Source: Octopus sinensis (taxonomy: Eukaryota). From it: DNA of 64,000 nt. A model generated the notes under the pieces. It saw nothing but the letters and a program-made list of their open reading frames with translations. It was not told the DNA's origin and made no database searches. Shown here piece after piece: positions 39,138 through 54,121 of the stretch. The position numbers were made by a program, and so were the translations under genes. Within the stretch, counting starts at the first letter, position 1, and every line of letters begins with the position of its first letter. The stretch lies in contig NC_043000.1 in assembly GCF_006345805.1 (NCBI RefSeq), positions 4,836,001-4,900,000 on the forward strand, written 5' to 3'.

Positions 39138-39440
39138 GCACTCCATTGGTTACAATGACAAGGGTTCTAGGTGATCCAATCAATGGAACAGCCTGCTTGT
39201 GAAATTAATGTGCAAGTGGCTGAGCACTCCACAGACATGCGTACCCTTAATGTAGTTCTCAAGGGAGATTCAGCATGACATAGAATGTGACAAGGCTGGC
39301 TCTTTGAAATACAGGTACTACTCATATGTGCCAGCTGAGTGGACTAGAGCAACATGAAATAAACAGAGTGTCTTCCTCAAGGACAAAATGCATCACTGGG
39401 AATTGAACTCATGATCTTACAACCATAGGCCAAATACTCT
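39138..39440 (-). mobile_element. SINE family D
   Basis: same body as 62003-62180. Confidence 0.8.
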
Positions 39441-39484
39441 ATGTGGTAAGAACTATGTTGTAAGAAATCAGGGTATCAATCGGA

Positions 39485-39705
39485 GAGCTGGCAGAAACGT
39501 TAGCATGCCAGCCGAAATGCTTAGTGGTATTTTGTCTGCCGTTACGTTCTGAGTTCAAATTCCGCGAGGTCGACTTTGCCTTTCATCCTTTCGGGGTCGA
39601 TAAATTAAATACTAGTTACGCAATGGGGTCAATGGAATCAACTTAATCCCTTTGTCCTTGTTTGTCCCCTCTATGTTTAGCCCCTTGTGGGCAATAAAGA
39701 AATAA
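39485..39705 (+). mobile_element. SINE family B with ~20 bp TSD
   Basis: taagaaatcagggtatc on both sides. Confidence 0.88.
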
Positions 39706-40029
39706 GAAATCAGGGTATCGATCTCTTATACCAAACCATTAAGTAACAGGGATATACACAAACTAACCCTAGCTGTCAAGCAGGGGTGGGGAACAAACAT
39801 AAACACACACACACTATAGTAGTATGGTTTTTATGAAGCATTGTATGATATAGATGTTTTAAATACTCTTTTGATAGCTAAAACAATGCAATTTAAGAAA
39901 TCAAAAATGCATTGCAATACTCAGTAATGTTACCTGGTATTTCAATAATTGTAATCATTAACTTGCATGTTTAATTCTATAACCTGTGTTGTTTTGGCTT
40001 TAAAAAATTGTATTTAAAACATGTGTTCT

Positions 40030-40597
40030 TTTATTCTTTTACTTGTTTCAGTCATTTGGCTGCGGCCATGCTGGAGCACCACCTTGGAGGGTTTTTTAGA
40101 CGAGCAAATCCATCCCAGAACTTATTTTTTTAAAGCCTAGTACTTACTCTATCAGTCTCATTTGCCGAACCACTAAGTTTCAGTAACATAAACACAGCAG
40201 CACTGGTTGTCAAGCTGTGATGGGGGAAAACACAGACACACACAGAGAAATATATATATATAGCAATAAGAAAATGGAGGGGATCAATAGGTGGTTCATC
40301 AAGTTTTAGACATTATATTATGCTAACTTATTTATTTATCTATAAACTGATAATTACAATAATATACATACATATAACATATGCTTTACATATAAGATAT
40401 AAAATATAGTAATATATAAGGATACCAGTAATTATTATAAAGGGCTTCTTTCAGTTTCTATCTACCAAATCCACTGACATGGCTTTGGTCAGCCTGAGGC
40501 TATAGTAGAAGACACTTGTCCAAGATGCTATGCAGGGGGACTGAACCCAGAACCATATGGTTCATAAACAAGCTTCTTACCGCTCAATCACGCCTGT
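40030..40597 (-). mobile_element. SINE family A with ~180 bp insert in its internal microsatellite
   Basis: tail 40030-40250, head 40441-40597. Confidence 0.75.
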
Positions 40598-42253
40598 GTA
40601 TATATACATTTTTATACATGACTGGCTTCTTTTAGTTTCTGTCAACCAAATCAAATCGTGAGGTTTTGATCATTCCAAGGCCAAAGTAGAAGTTTGCCCC
40701 AGGTATCATGTAGTGGGACTGAACCTGAAACCATTTGGTTGGGAAGTAAATTTCTTATCACACAGCCATGCCTGCACCTAATTTTTCGTTACAAAAATAA
40801 AAAAGAACTAATGGGTGGATTTTGAGGTTTCAAAGAGTTTACTGTTGAAAGAATTTAGGATAGGACTTTGGTGCCTTTCTTCCTCTTGTAATTAAATCAT
40901 TAAAAAATAATAATAAAATAATAGACAAACCTATGTTCAAAGATTATGACCTCCCCAACTTTTATCATAAACAAATATACCCTTCCAAGTTTTGAAGATG
41001 ATGACGAAGACGATGATGAAGTGTGTGAGAGAGAGTGAGAGAGTGTGTATGTATGAGAAAGAGAGAGAGTGTATGTATGAGACAGAGAGGTATAGTGCAT
41101 GTGTGTGTGTGTGTGTGAGAGAGAGAGAGTGTGTGTGTGTCCTTGTCTTGACATTATGAGACGGTTCAAAATAAGTGTCACCAAGTGATGTTGTTTGTTT
41201 CCAATCTTCCATGAACAAAACAAGTCTGACCATGGGGGAAATAGAAAAATACAATGTTACTTGGAATCTGTGAGGGTTGGAAACAGGAAGAGCATCTACC
41301 TGTAGATGTGCCTTAACAAATTCCATACAACAATTGTAAACACGGAAAAGCAGATACTAAAACAAAAATGATGCTGTTGACGATGATGATGATATGATTT
41401 GAGGGAGATTTATTTGCCATTTCTAGAAGGCCAAACAATCATGTAACAGTTTCCTTCATTGGTTAAAAATGAAACGAGTTTAATGAGCAGTAGTATGGGA
41501 ACAAGTGCTGTGCTGTACCAGCTGGTTCAACTAGGAGTTGGAACTATTACTGCTGGCTCAGTTCCCCTCATTACAGAAAGAACAACCATAACCTTATTAA
41601 AAAAAGCTTACAAAAGGTTATTATACTCAAAAACTGTTAGTAACAACAGTGGATGTGTTACATCACAGGTCATTCCCTCAGAATGGATACATAAACAACA
41701 CTGGCAGTAGTATACAGTTGTAGCAGAACCAGTAGTAGTTTCCTACTTTGTTATAAATAGTTCCATTAGAGCAGAATTTGTTATACAGAAAACAGAGAGT
41801 GACATATTAAAATTGTATGTTTATGTCCTAATTGATCAATCGATTGATCTGATTGCTAGCTTTGCTGGATTTTTTCTTGTCTTTTCCTTTTTTATGTTCT
41901 TCCAGTTTTACTAGGTCTCCAGAAATACCTGTTAAAAGGCATCTGCAGGCCACTTCAATAAAAGCCTTTTGTAGATCAAACCACTAACTGAGATAGCCAC
42001 TGGCAAAATATATTTGCAGCTTCAAGGCATGAGTTCATGAGTTATATAGATGCCATGTAAAACAACCAGTCATCCTGTTGTTTAAGATACAATTTTAATT
42101 TTTTTTAGCTGATCCGTGACACTGAGGTTTGCACCACAGAATGGCAAAAGGCTAAGTTGAGTTAAACTGGATTTGAAATTTCAAATTATAGCCTTTCACA
42201 TTTATTTTGAAGAGAACTATAACATCTCTTCATCAATGGCCATACTAGCTTAA

Positions 42254-42474
42254 CTCTTTCGTTATCATATTCCCGTTGAAACACACTGCTTTTGCTTCAA
42301 CTAATTTTGATGATAAAAAAGAATTTGATAAAATAACTTTGTCCTTATTAAGCTGATGTTTGGAACATAAATTAACATGAAATTTTGCTGGAAGGTTTTA
42401 ATCTAGGTCACTTTAAAATGATAAATTTATATCATAGAATTGAGGACAGCCTCAGATGGGCTGGTATCAAAAGG
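42254..42474. mobile_element. piggyBac-type MITE (older copy)
   Basis: TTAA-flanked, homologous to 38560-38781. Confidence 0.7.
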
Positions 42475-43154
42475 TTTAAATGAAATCTAAAACACAAATC
42501 CAATTTCTTGCTTGGGAGAAGCACACAGTCAGTTGATACATAGTTGTATAATTCTAACATTTATATAATTGCTTAGCCCCAGATCAGCCCTGATTGAGAA
42601 GACATATGATCAAAGACATTCCAGGCATGACCATCCTTTCATTTTTCAGACAATAAATGTAGGACAATACCATCATATGAACCCTTCTGTTCTTTTTCAA
42701 GATAATAAAACGTGATTTGAGTAAGATTTGACTGTTTACAGGAGGCGGAATACCTGCATAGAGCCTTGTTCATTGATTATAGGTATTTCTGTTATTGATT
42801 TGAGAAGAATGAAAGACACAACTCTACCTCATCAGGATTTTAGATCAGAACATGATATGAGCAATCAGTCAGGCATTACACCATACCTTCTCACTTGTCA
42901 CCTTTTATCAGCCAATAACAGATCCTCTAACAGTTGATTCATCGATTAGAAATAGCAGCCAAATCGCCCTCAAATTACATCCAGTTATCTTAAAAACATA
43001 TAGATACATTAGCTAAGGAAGCACTAAATGACCTACATCAAAGGAAAAGCAGGATAACCATGAGTGGAATGGTATTGATCACAGATCTGCACAATCGGTG
43101 CTCACCTGGATTTAAACACCAATAACTGAACAGCCTTTAAATTAGACAAACAAA

Positions 43155-43995
43155 ATGGTTTCAAACTTCAGCACAGGGCCAACAGTTTTTGAGGAGAGAG
43201 AGTAGTGAAATACATCAACCCCAGTACTTGGCTGGTACTTATTTTATTGACCCTAAAAGGATGAAAGGCCAAGTTGACCTAAAGAAGTTTGAACTTAGAA
43301 CGTAAAGAAGGATGAAATACTGCTAAGAATTTTGTCCAATGTGCTAACAATTCTGCCAGCTCACCACCTATTTCTTTACTACCCACAAGGGGCAAAACAC
43401 AGAGGGGACAAACAAGTACAGACAAACGGATTAAGTCGATTACATTAACCCCAGTGTGTAACTAGTACTTAATTTATCGACCCCGAAAGGATTAAAGGCA
43501 AAGTCGACCTTGGTGGAATTTGAACTCAGAACGTAGCGGCAGACGAAATACCTATTTCTTGACTATCCACAAGGGGCAAAACACAGTGGGGACAAACAAG
43601 GACAGACAAATGGATTAAGTCGATTAGATCAACCCCAGTGCATAACTGGTACTTAATTTATCGACTCCAAAAGGATGAAAGGCAAAGTCGACCTCGGCAG
43701 AATTTGAACTCAGAACGTAACAGCAGACGAAATACAACTACGCATTTCGCCTGGCATGCTAACATTTCTGCCAGCTCACTGCCTAATACGATAAAAATAA
43801 TCCTTTCTGCCATAGGGACAAATCCTAAAATTTTATGGGAGGTTGGTTACAGTGATCCCCAACCCCCCAAGTACTCAACTGGTATTTAGTTTATTGATCC
43901 CGGAAGGATGAAAGACAAAGTTGATCTCTGTGGAATTTGAACTCAGAACGTAAAAGCCATCCAGCATTTTGTTTGGCATGCTGACAATCCTGCCA
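43155..43995 (-). mobile_element. cluster of SINE-B copies including a 2-unit concatemer (43369-43783)
   Basis: 184 bp period (43369, 43553) with the same junction as the 28755 array. Confidence 0.85.
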
Positions 43996-45090
43996 GCTCA
44001 CCGTACTGCCTGCAAATGTTATCACTAACTTTTCTGTTTGAAATGGTTTAAAAAAGAATACGTTAAAGATAAACATCTGAAATATATAACAGGAATAGGT
44101 ATGAGTGCGTGGTTAAGAAGCTTGATTTGCAACCAATTTGAGCCTCAACACCTATTAGATGTATTCTCTTTAGCCCCAGGTCAGCCTTGATTAAACAGAC
44201 CTATGGTCAAAGGAACAAATGACTACAGTATCTTTTACCACATATTCTGTAAGACTACCTTATTTAATGTGTCATCCATTTTTTCTTTTATGAAAGTAGG
44301 ACAAGGTGTGATTTGAGGGAGATTTAGCTATTATTTCTAGCAGTCTGACATATTATGGGAGTCTCCCTCAATAGCTCATCGTTGAGTACTATAGTCTGTT
44401 CCCTCAAATCCATTTCACTTCTATAATGGTTTCTGATTAAGACAAAACGCCAACAATCTAGAGGGTCGGGGATCAGTTGATTATATCAACCCCAGTACTT
44501 GACTGGTACTTCATTTTATCAATCCCAAAAGGATGAAAAATAAAGATTACCTTAGTAGAACATGAACTCAGAATGCAGGGCCAGATTAAGACTTATAGAG
44601 GCCCTAAGCACTTAAAAAGGATGAAAAGTAAAGTCGACCTCAGCGGAATTTGAGCTCAGAACGTAGTGGCAGACGAACAAATACCACCAGGTATTTTCGC
44701 TGACACTCTACCAATTCAGTTAATTTGTTGCGTTTTTCATTTCTGTAATAGATATACAGTGTTCTCTCAATGCTTATAGCAGAGAGCTGTGCCTGACCAG
44801 TGTACCTATTTGTAGGTAGGTAGACTGAGCTATAATCAGAAACTGAAGTGATCAAGAAATCTAATGATGATTTGTATCAATGGAAACAAATTTGATAACA
44901 TTTGTAACATATGATAGATTAATGTGTTGTGAGAAGAGATGTGTACCAAGATTTCAGACAGGGCTCTGCTTTGAAGAGAAATTTAAGCATCTTTGAAATG
45001 AATAAAATGCAGAGCAGGTAACCTAATATGAGCCACTGACTAAGATTTTAACACCATGATCTACTGGATTGGTTGTAATAGCTAGAAGTT

Positions 45091-45548
45091 CATCATCATC
45101 ATCATCATCGTTTAACGTCCGTTCTCCATGCTAGCATGCGTTGGACGGTTCGACCGGGGATCTGGGAAGCCAGAAGGCTGCACCAGGCTCCAGTCTTATC
45201 TGGCAATGTTTCTACAGCTGGATGCCCTTCCTAACGCCAACCACTCCGTGAGTGTAGTGGGTGCTTTTTACGTGCCACCTGCACAGGTGCTAGGCGAGGC
45301 TGGCAACGGCCACGGTCGGATTGGTGTATTTTACGTGCCACCGGCACGGAAGCCAGTCGAGGCGGTGCTGGCATCGGCCACGAGTCGGATAGTGCTTTTT
45401 ACGTACCACCAGACCAGGGATCCTGGCTGGTTCAATTCGATTTCGATTTCGCTTGCCCCAACATGTCTTCGCAAGCAAAGGGGGTTGGCATGGGTGCCTG
45501 TCGTCGGATGAGGTTCTATATCGACTTCGCTTGCCTCAACAGGTCTTT
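45091..45548 (-). mobile_element. RTE 3'UTR-derived element
   Basis: near-identical to 17848-18397 with fewer internal repeats. Confidence 0.85.
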
Positions 45549-46055
45549 GTGTGTGTGTGTTTGTGTGTACTTAAAGCACCTGTTATGTTCAAGGTGTATT
45601 ATAAATCAGGTCAGATCAAAAATCGTTTCATTACTGGTAACCAAGTAAACCAACAATCACCTGCTTCATTTATGGTCAGGTCACTGACATCTAAAGTAGT
45701 AAAGCCATTTGGGGGATCTCAAACTGGTGTGTGGCAGATGGATTGGATAGCCTGACACCATCATCAACATCTTAATATCTACTCCATGCTTGAATGGGTC
45801 AGATGGAATTTGTTGAGACAGATTTTCTATGGCTGGATGCCCTTCCTGTTGCCAACCCTAACCAATTTCCAAACAAAGTAATTTTTCCCCATAGCCAGAT
45901 ATGACTAGAAATGAACAATATAGCTTAGATGGTGAAGCTCATTTACAGCCATCATGTAATGTCAAGACAAGAGTACACACAAACACACACACACAAACAC
46001 ACACTCATACACAAACACACACAAACACACACACACACACACACACACTCATACA

Positions 46056-46093
<38 letters not shown>

Positions 46094-48454
46094 ATGGACA
46101 TCTTTTACTTTCCATGTACCAAATCCACTCACAAGGCTTTGGTCAGCCACTCAGCTCAAAGCAGTCTTGTGAGACTGAACCTGAAAGCATGGAGTTGGGA
46201 AGCAAGCTGCTTAACCACACAGCCACACACCTGACAGAACATAAAAAAATACAATACCTGTTTACAAGGATGGATTAACTTAAGGAGTCAAAAGCTATTT
46301 GTCAAGCCTAGGCATTTAAGTTCAGTGTTGTTGACTCCCTCAAAAACCCCGCTAAACTTCAATGTCTTTCTCAAATGTACTGACCTTGCCTTTCCTCTAA
46401 TCATGAAGAGACCCAAGCAATAGAAATCTCTTGATAAGTGAAAAGCACACCCAAAGTGGCTTAGATCAAACCTGGCTTGCATGTTATTTATAAGTCTATG
46501 TAACCTAAAAATATTTTGCCAGTTTTCCCCTAATTTAACATCAGTTATATTTCTTTATGTTTAAGGCTTCATCACTTTTTTGTTGGTGTTGTTGTTTAAG
46601 CCCAGGTCAGCTATCTCAGATTATGTTATCCAATAGGTCTTCCTTTCATTAAGATGGTAGGCTGATTTGAAGGAAATTTGGCTGCTATTTCTAACAAATC
46701 AAACAACTGTTACAAGTTTCTCTTTTTGTTAGCTTGGATTATTATGGCAAAGCCTTTCATAAGGCCTGGAACAGAGAACATGGAAGCATTCTAATGAAAT
46801 TCCTCAAAGCTCTCTTGAAATCAAAAGCCCAATCCTTGCCACTAATACCATCAGGTTAAATATATATCAAAAAATAGAATTGGTATTTTCTGCAAGTCAT
46901 GTTGCCTCAAAGAATTTGACATATCTCAACAGAAAATAATTTCACACATAACATTCCTTAGCAAAAAACAGATTGGTGAATAAAACTGCTTTTTGCTGAG
47001 CAAAATAATGAAATCTTGAGTGGATATATCTGATTTCCACAATAAAAGGGTTAAAACCAACAATAACATAAAGAATACAAAAACAATAAGAGCAATCCTT
47101 AAATTTTGTTTATAAAACTTGATGTATGCAGTTGAAACAGCGTTAAAGTAAAATAGCAATCCCTGCTGCTGCGGTTTTCATCAGTGAAAATCTCTTCATT
47201 GAAATGCTGCATTAAAAACACAATACATACAAGATTGAAATCAAAAATCATTCCATCAGTGACACAAGAGAACACCAGTTATCTTTTGGCCCTCTCAGGC
47301 CCTGTCAATGATGTGAACTCACTAATGACATGTGTAGATGAAATCTGTCCCCTACAGTATATAGGAAACAGTGAATAAACATTCACTGATATTGCAAATA
47401 GTCGCTGAACTGAATAAAATCTCAGTACATGCAATTAAAACAGCATTAAATTAAAATAGCATATAAATAAGGATTTATGAAAACCAAAGTCTCATGCCTC
47501 TGAGCAGTATATATATGTTAAATAGGATACATAGATGGCTATATTAAAAATAGCACTACAAGATGTTTATGCACCAGAATTGAGAAAAATATGTTCATCA
47601 TATCTAAAAGCAAATTATTTCCACATTAGCAATTGCTGGGTTTCACCTGGTATTTTTCTGTAAAAGAATTTACCTCTCTGATTGCTTTTCACAAATAAAG
47701 AATCACAGACAAAAATAATTTATCAAAAATATTGATTTCCTTCAGGCACGTTCGTTTGGCACTAGAATCTATTTATCAGAAATATTAAAAAATTCTTATT
47801 TAAACAACTTGTACTTTAAGCAGAGACTGGCAGCCTAGCCACCTTCAGATTTAGATGGTAGTGAAATACTAAGGATTAGCAACTGCAATACAATAACTTT
47901 CATTTGGCTTATGGATTCTTTACAGCTGCTGCTAACGCCCACCTGTATTCTTCAACAATCTAGACTCACTACTGGTTAAGTAGTCTTTGTATGAAATTTC
48001 TATACTTGTGTGCATACACATATGTGTATGTATGTGTGAGAGTGTGAGTATGCAAAAGCATGTATGGGTTTATGGACACATGTATGTATGAATTGTCTGA
48101 GTGGATGTCGGTGCTTAAAGGAGCGCAAGAATAAGATGTAAACAGTCGCAAAGCAACACAGCATCGAAAATGAAAAACAGACAAATAAATAAACACAAAT
48201 AAAACAATAAAGAGTTGTTTATCTTTTTCTTTCTATTTTCTCTCTCCCTCAACATGCTTCATATGTGATAAATATCAAGTTCCTAATACGACTGGTTTGA
48301 ACAGAAACAGCAGCAATAGCACTTCACACTTCAGCCTGAAATACTTTCCCAAAATTAGCAATTCTCTAATACTTTGATAATAGCAACACAAACAAACAAA
48401 CACACACACACAAAACATGCTCTTTGCATTCCTTCACATCACTCTCTCTCTCTC

Positions 48455-48843
48455 TCTTTTACTCTTTTACTTGTTTCAGTCATTTTGACTGCGGCCATGC
48501 TGGAGCACTGCCTTTAGTCGATCAAATCGACCACGGGACTTATTCTTTGTAAGCCCGGTACTTATTCTATCACTCTCTTTTGCCAAACCGCTAAGTGACG
48601 GGGACGTAAACACACCAGCATCAGTTGTCAAGCAATGCTAGGAGTACAAACACAGACACACAAACACACATATATATATATACATATATACGACAGGCTT
48701 CTTTCAGTTTCCGTCTACCAAATCCACTCACAAGGCATTGGTCGGCCCGAGGCTATAGCAGAAGACACTTGCCCAAGATGCCACGCAGTGGGACTGAACC
48801 CGGAACCATGTGGTTGGTTAGCAAGCTACTTACCACACAGCCA
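48455..48843 (-). mobile_element. SINE family A
   Basis: reverse complement of the 27135-27560 family. Confidence 0.9.
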
Positions 48844-48922
48844 TCATTTTCTTTGATTTTTACAAATATGTATATATGTATGTATCTACATATGTATGAA
48901 TGTATATATGTATGTGTGTGTT

Positions 48923-48959
<37 letters not shown>

Positions 48960-48960
48960 G

Positions 48961-49160
48961 TACATGAGGAGATGCTGAAAAGTTCCTGGCTTTGAGTAAA
49001 ACAGAAGAAAAAGGAAAATATAGGATTTTATTCAACATATTCTTCTCTCAGATTCACACACTTATTGCAGCATTCCTTCAGCAGTACATCGAAAGTTAAG
49101 CCTCCAACCAGGCTTTTTGTGATACCCTTAAAGCCTAGAACTTTCCAGCAACCGCTCGTA
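48961..49160. mobile_element. mariner-type MITE
   Basis: TIRs gaggagatgctgaaaagttcctggcttt / aaagcctagaactttccagcaaccgctcgta; TA flanks. Confidence 0.7.
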
Positions 49161-49167
49161 TATAAAT

Positions 49168-49199
<32 letters not shown>

Positions 49200-49220
49200 G
49201 CACGCACAAACATACATGTC

Positions 49221-52200
49221 AATCATCATCATCATCACCATCAATTTAACGTCCGTGTTTTGTGCTGGAGTGGGTTAGACGGTTTGACAAAGATTTGATG
49301 AGTTTAAAAGCTGCATCATTGTGCTCCAGTGTCTACCCTGGCATGCTTTATACAGCTGGATGCTCTTCCTAACACCAGCCACCTCACAGAGTGTACTGGG
49401 TGCTACTTTTGCAACATCAGCATTAATGAGGTCATCGTGCAGCACGGAAGACTAAGATCTGCATTGACCAAGTGGGACTGTAGTCGAGAGGGAAGCAGCT
49501 TTATGCCAGGAGATGGAAGATTCAACTATGAAAGTAAAAGCCTGGGCAGAACAGGTTTCTTTCTGTAGAGGAATTACATGGCTTCTTACAGTATAAAAAA
49601 GAGGATGGGAATGGCCACAGTATAGCTGAAAGGATGTAAAAATAGTGGTGATGAGGTGTCAGAGTAGACCATCAAGCTAGAAGTAAGAGGGAATAAGAAG
49701 TACTATGGATATGTGGGTGGGTAGAGGTTGCAAGTGTGTATATGAGAGATGGTTAGAGATGGAAAATTGGTGACAGGGTGACTATTATGAAGAACAAGTG
49801 TTGAGGGATGATAAGTAGAGAAGGTAGGGAAGAGTAGGTGACAACTGTAGAAATTGGTGGATGAGGAGTGACCAATGGTAGGTGAATCAAAGGGAGGTAG
49901 GAAAGATGAAATGACTGACAGTGCAGAAAGGGGACTGGGAAGAGGGTGAAGGGTAGTAGAATAGTAATAATAATAATGGTACAGTAGGCAGGGGGAGATG
50001 ACATGTGGTTGGGGAGGTTGTAATAATGCAAGGCAGTTAAAGTGGAGGGTTAAGGAAGACATGGTGGTGGAGGAGAGACAATTTAGTGGCTCAGAAGGTG
50101 ATCAATACAAAATGTGGGTGGAGAAAACAGTATTAAGAATCACATTTAGCAGCTAAATAGTGCATTTAGAGAGTTGATTGGGGGTGAGAATGTCTTAAGG
50201 AGGAAATTGGGTAAGAACTGTGCTTCCAGAATGCAGTTTCATCAAGGTGGGCAGGTGTTCTCAAGAATCACATCACAGGTTATTCCAATCCTTTACCACT
50301 TCACCTGTGAGGTTTTGAAGTCTTGAGATCAACCTTCACCACTTTGTCCCTTGTTTTCCCAGATCTCCCACTTCTGCAAGTTCCATCCATATTAAGTCAT
50401 CATCTTAAATTTACGCAGCTATCTTCATCCATATGCATCACATGTCCATACCAACACTGTCTTCTTCCTTACATACTGTATCTGATTCCACTTGTGCTCA
50501 GTTTTTCTCTAGATGCATTTGTACTTTGTCATTCATTCACACTTACATTTCACATTCAGTAGGGCTTGCATGCTTCATTTCTTTCAAGTCTTCTCAAGCC
50601 CTCTGCATTCAAGGCCAATTTGACTGAGTGGGACTGCAGTAGAGAGGGAAGCAGCTTTATGCTAGAAGATGAAAGGCTAAAGTATGAAACAGCGGTTTTC
50701 ACATCAGTATCATACGATTTACCCTTCACTCTGAGGGGAAAGACCTTTGTTGTAAACAGCGAAAGAAGATCCCTGAACGTTTTTCAATCTGTCCCTGCTC
50801 ATGGTTTAGTGATTAAGGTATTTGGCCCAAAATTGTAAGGTCATGAGTTCAATTCCCAGTGATGCATTGTGTTCTTGAGCAAGGCACTTTATTTCACATT
50901 GCGCCAGTCCACTCAGCTGGCAAAAATGAGTAGGACCTTTATTTCAAAGGGCCAGCCTTCTCACATTCTGTGTCACACTGAATCTCCCTGAGAACTATGT
51001 TAAGGGTATGCATGTCTGTGGAGTGCACAGTCACTCGTATGTTAATTCCACAAGCAGGCTGTTCCATAGATCGGATCACCTGGAACCCTTGATGTCGTAA
51101 CCAACAGAATGCCAGTTTCTTACCCAGGCTACTATGCTTTCAGAACAACCACCTCTTTTGCTAAATACATCTTCTAGATAACAAAAGCTATCATTTACTT
51201 TTAGTGAGTCATCCATACGTGCAAGAGAATCTATTTCTGATGTGCTTATAGAAGATACTGCCCCAATGCATCTGTCACATATGAATCTTGCTTTCTCCAT
51301 TAGTCTGCTTGTGATTCCAGTACACCTCTTCTGTGCCCCTAGTTTACAGTGTATGGATTTTATATCTACTTCCTTCCTTTATAGTGAAGCCTTTTCATTC
51401 TAGGTTTAGCTTCCATGCATTGAACTTCCTCTCTAATTCCTCAATACATTCAATTATTAGAACTAGATAATCAGTATATAGGAGTCCCTATGGACAGCCT
51501 GTTTTAAACTCCTCTGTGATGGCTATTAGGACTATGAAGAACAGAAGAAGACTGAGGGTTGAACCTTGACGGACTCTGACCCGCATGTCAAATTTGACAC
51601 TGAAACCACTACTGGCTCACACTTTACTCACTGCATCTTTATACATGGCTAATACAGCCCTTACAAGCCATTTGTCAACATTTGGTTTCCTTAGTGACCA
51701 CCAAGTTACTGAATATTTTATTCTTAAAGCATCTTCTCAAAATCAACAAAGGCCAGGAATACTAGATTATTCTTAACCAACTATTTCTCCTACAGTTGCC
51801 TTCTTAAGAAGACTATGTCCATGGCACCTCATCCATACATAAAACCAAACTGCATTTCATCCAGGTCTACTCTGTCAAAGATCAATTGAGCTATGACTCT
51901 CATCATGCCATCATAAGCTGATCCAGAACTTTGATTTTTATACAATTTTCTCTCTATAAGACCTTTGCCTTTGTAGCAGTGTATGATGATACCTTTGCGC
52001 CAGACACCTTGTCTAACTTCATGAATTATCCAGGATGTAATCATGTATCCTGGTGCAGGAGTGGCTGTGTGGTAAGTAGCTTGCTAACCAACCACATGGT
52101 TCCGGGTTCAGTCCCACTGCGTGGCATCTTGGACAAGTGTCTTCTGCTATAGCCCCGACCGACCAATGCCTTGTGAGTGGATTTGGTAGACGGAAACTGA

Positions 52201-52745
52201 AAGAAGCCTGTCGTATATATATGTATATATATATATATGTGTGTGTGTGTGTTTGTGTGTCTGTGTTTGCCCCACCTAGCATTGCTTGACAACCGATGCT
52301 GGTGTGTTTACGTCCCCGTCACTTAGCGGTTCGGCAAAAGAGACCGATAGAATAAGTCCTGGGCTTACAAAGAATAAGTCCCGGGGTCGATTTGCTCGAC
52401 TAAAGGTGGTGCTCCAGCATGGCCGCAGTCAAATGACTGAAACAAGTAAAAGAGTAAAAAGAGTATGTATCCTGGCTCACCAGATATTTTGAGCATCTCC
52501 TCACCTATCCATGATAGACCCACTGCTTTTCCTCTCTTCATGACTCTTTGTCACTTTATCTACCATGCTACACTCGATTTGAATTGCTGGTCCCTCAGCA
52601 TGGTTAGCATGAGGCAGCCCCTCTTTATCTCATGCATTCTCCAGTTTAAGCAGCCTCACATAATAGTACTTCCATGCTATTTTCTTATCCTCCATATTGT
52701 TGGTGAGTATACCTTCATCATTTTAAATGCGTTACCTGCCAATGT
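49221..52745 (-). mobile_element. old ~3.5 kb RTE LINE remnant with nested SINE D (50798-51105) and SINE A (52052-52464)
   Basis: minus translations CYKGKG, LDEMQFGF, VRQGSTLS, LLYTDYLV (YADD site), FCYLEDV, WYGHVMHMDED; (GAT)n tail at 49221. Confidence 0.8.
52052..52464 (+). mobile_element. SINE family A, young, TSD atgtatcctgg
   Basis: full head to tail; duplication at both ends. Confidence 0.9.
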
Positions 52746-53032
52746 CATCACACACACACACACACACACACATATGCTGGAACTGGTGCATCAATATCAA
52801 GAATTCTCAATCGGCACTTTTCAGATGATTATGGGCCCTGTTAATGTATGTTTTCATTCATGTGCATTAACTACAGCATTAAAATGGTTTAGCTCTTATT
52901 TCTAGCAATGTAGGTGTTTCCTAACACCCTAGCCACATTTAGTGACATTTGTAATTCTCCTTTTTGGTGAAAAATTGCAAACTGCTGTTTATATTAATTT
53001 TATATGTGTGCATGTGCGTGTGTGTATCTTTA

Positions 53033-53530
53033 TATTTATCTCCTCAAAAACATACAGCATCTCGAAAGAGTCCAGAGGCTGGCTACCTGCATGGTTCATG
53101 GTCTCAAAAATTTTTCCTATGAAGAAAGGCTGAGGACGCTCGACCTTTATTCTCTAGAAAAACGCCGCCACCGTGGTGATCTCATTCTCGCCCACAACAT
53201 CATAAGCGGAAAGTGTAACCTCTCGAAAGAGCTGTTCTTTACTCCTGCTCCAGAGCGTCGGCTGCGGGGTCATTCCGAAAAGCTCTACCTGCGACGATTT
53301 CATCTCAATCGAAGGAGAGGAGCTTTCTCCGTCCGGGTTGCGGATCCATGGAACAAACTGCCAGACGAGATGGTGAAGATGCCGACGACCGCTTTGTTCA
53401 AAGCCTCCCTTGACCTCAAGTGGCCTGAACTCTTTACATGAACACCACCCTGTACTTAACTCCATGTCCCCCTACATGGCCTTGCTATTTGCTTTTGAGC
53501 CAAATTAACTAACTAACAAACTAACTAACA
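53033..53530 (+). mobile_element. CR1 LINE 3' fragment with (TAAC)n tail
   Basis: LERVQRLAT...SYEERLRTLDLYSLEKRRHRGDLI...RGHSEKL...FSVRVADPWNKLP. Confidence 0.92.
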
Positions 53531-54121
53531 TAAAGTCAATCAATAAAAAACATACGGTGAACTTGCCACAAGAAGTGGACAGAGTGCTCCAGGGGGGGGG
53601 AAAGTTAAAAGAAGAAAAATTAATGAGAGACATCAGAGTTTTTACATTGTCTAAGTTACCAAAAGAGAAAAAGAAAACCAGCTGCAACTGATGAGGAATG
53701 TAGGACCGAATGAACTTCAAATGTGAACAAGAAATGGTAGGAATAATGGCGCAAGAAAGAAGAAAGATAGAGGAATGGAACAAGGAGGGCTGTATTGTAT
53801 AAGTTTCCTTCACACAGACAAACACCAGCCTCTTTAGAGTCTGTTTGATCATACATATGTGTGTGTGTGTGTGTGTGTGTACAGTGAAACACACATGCAC
53901 TCATTAGAATAAATTTTCGTAATTCATCTATCGAGTGTAATTAAAGTAAATTTACAAGCGATTATAAATGTTTCAAGAATGCCACGTAAAGTGTCTGGGA
54001 AGGTAAAGAGGGAAACAAAAACTCCAAAGAAAATATGGTACACCATGTGGAACAAAATATGAGCATAGAACCTAATAAAATGCTAATGTGGTAATATATT
54101 GTTCCTTATATATATATATAT

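Noticed and set aside
47754-47777. TTTGGCACTAG, miR-96-like 5' sequence
   Set aside because: No complementary arm for a precursor hairpin, and the 3' part does not match.
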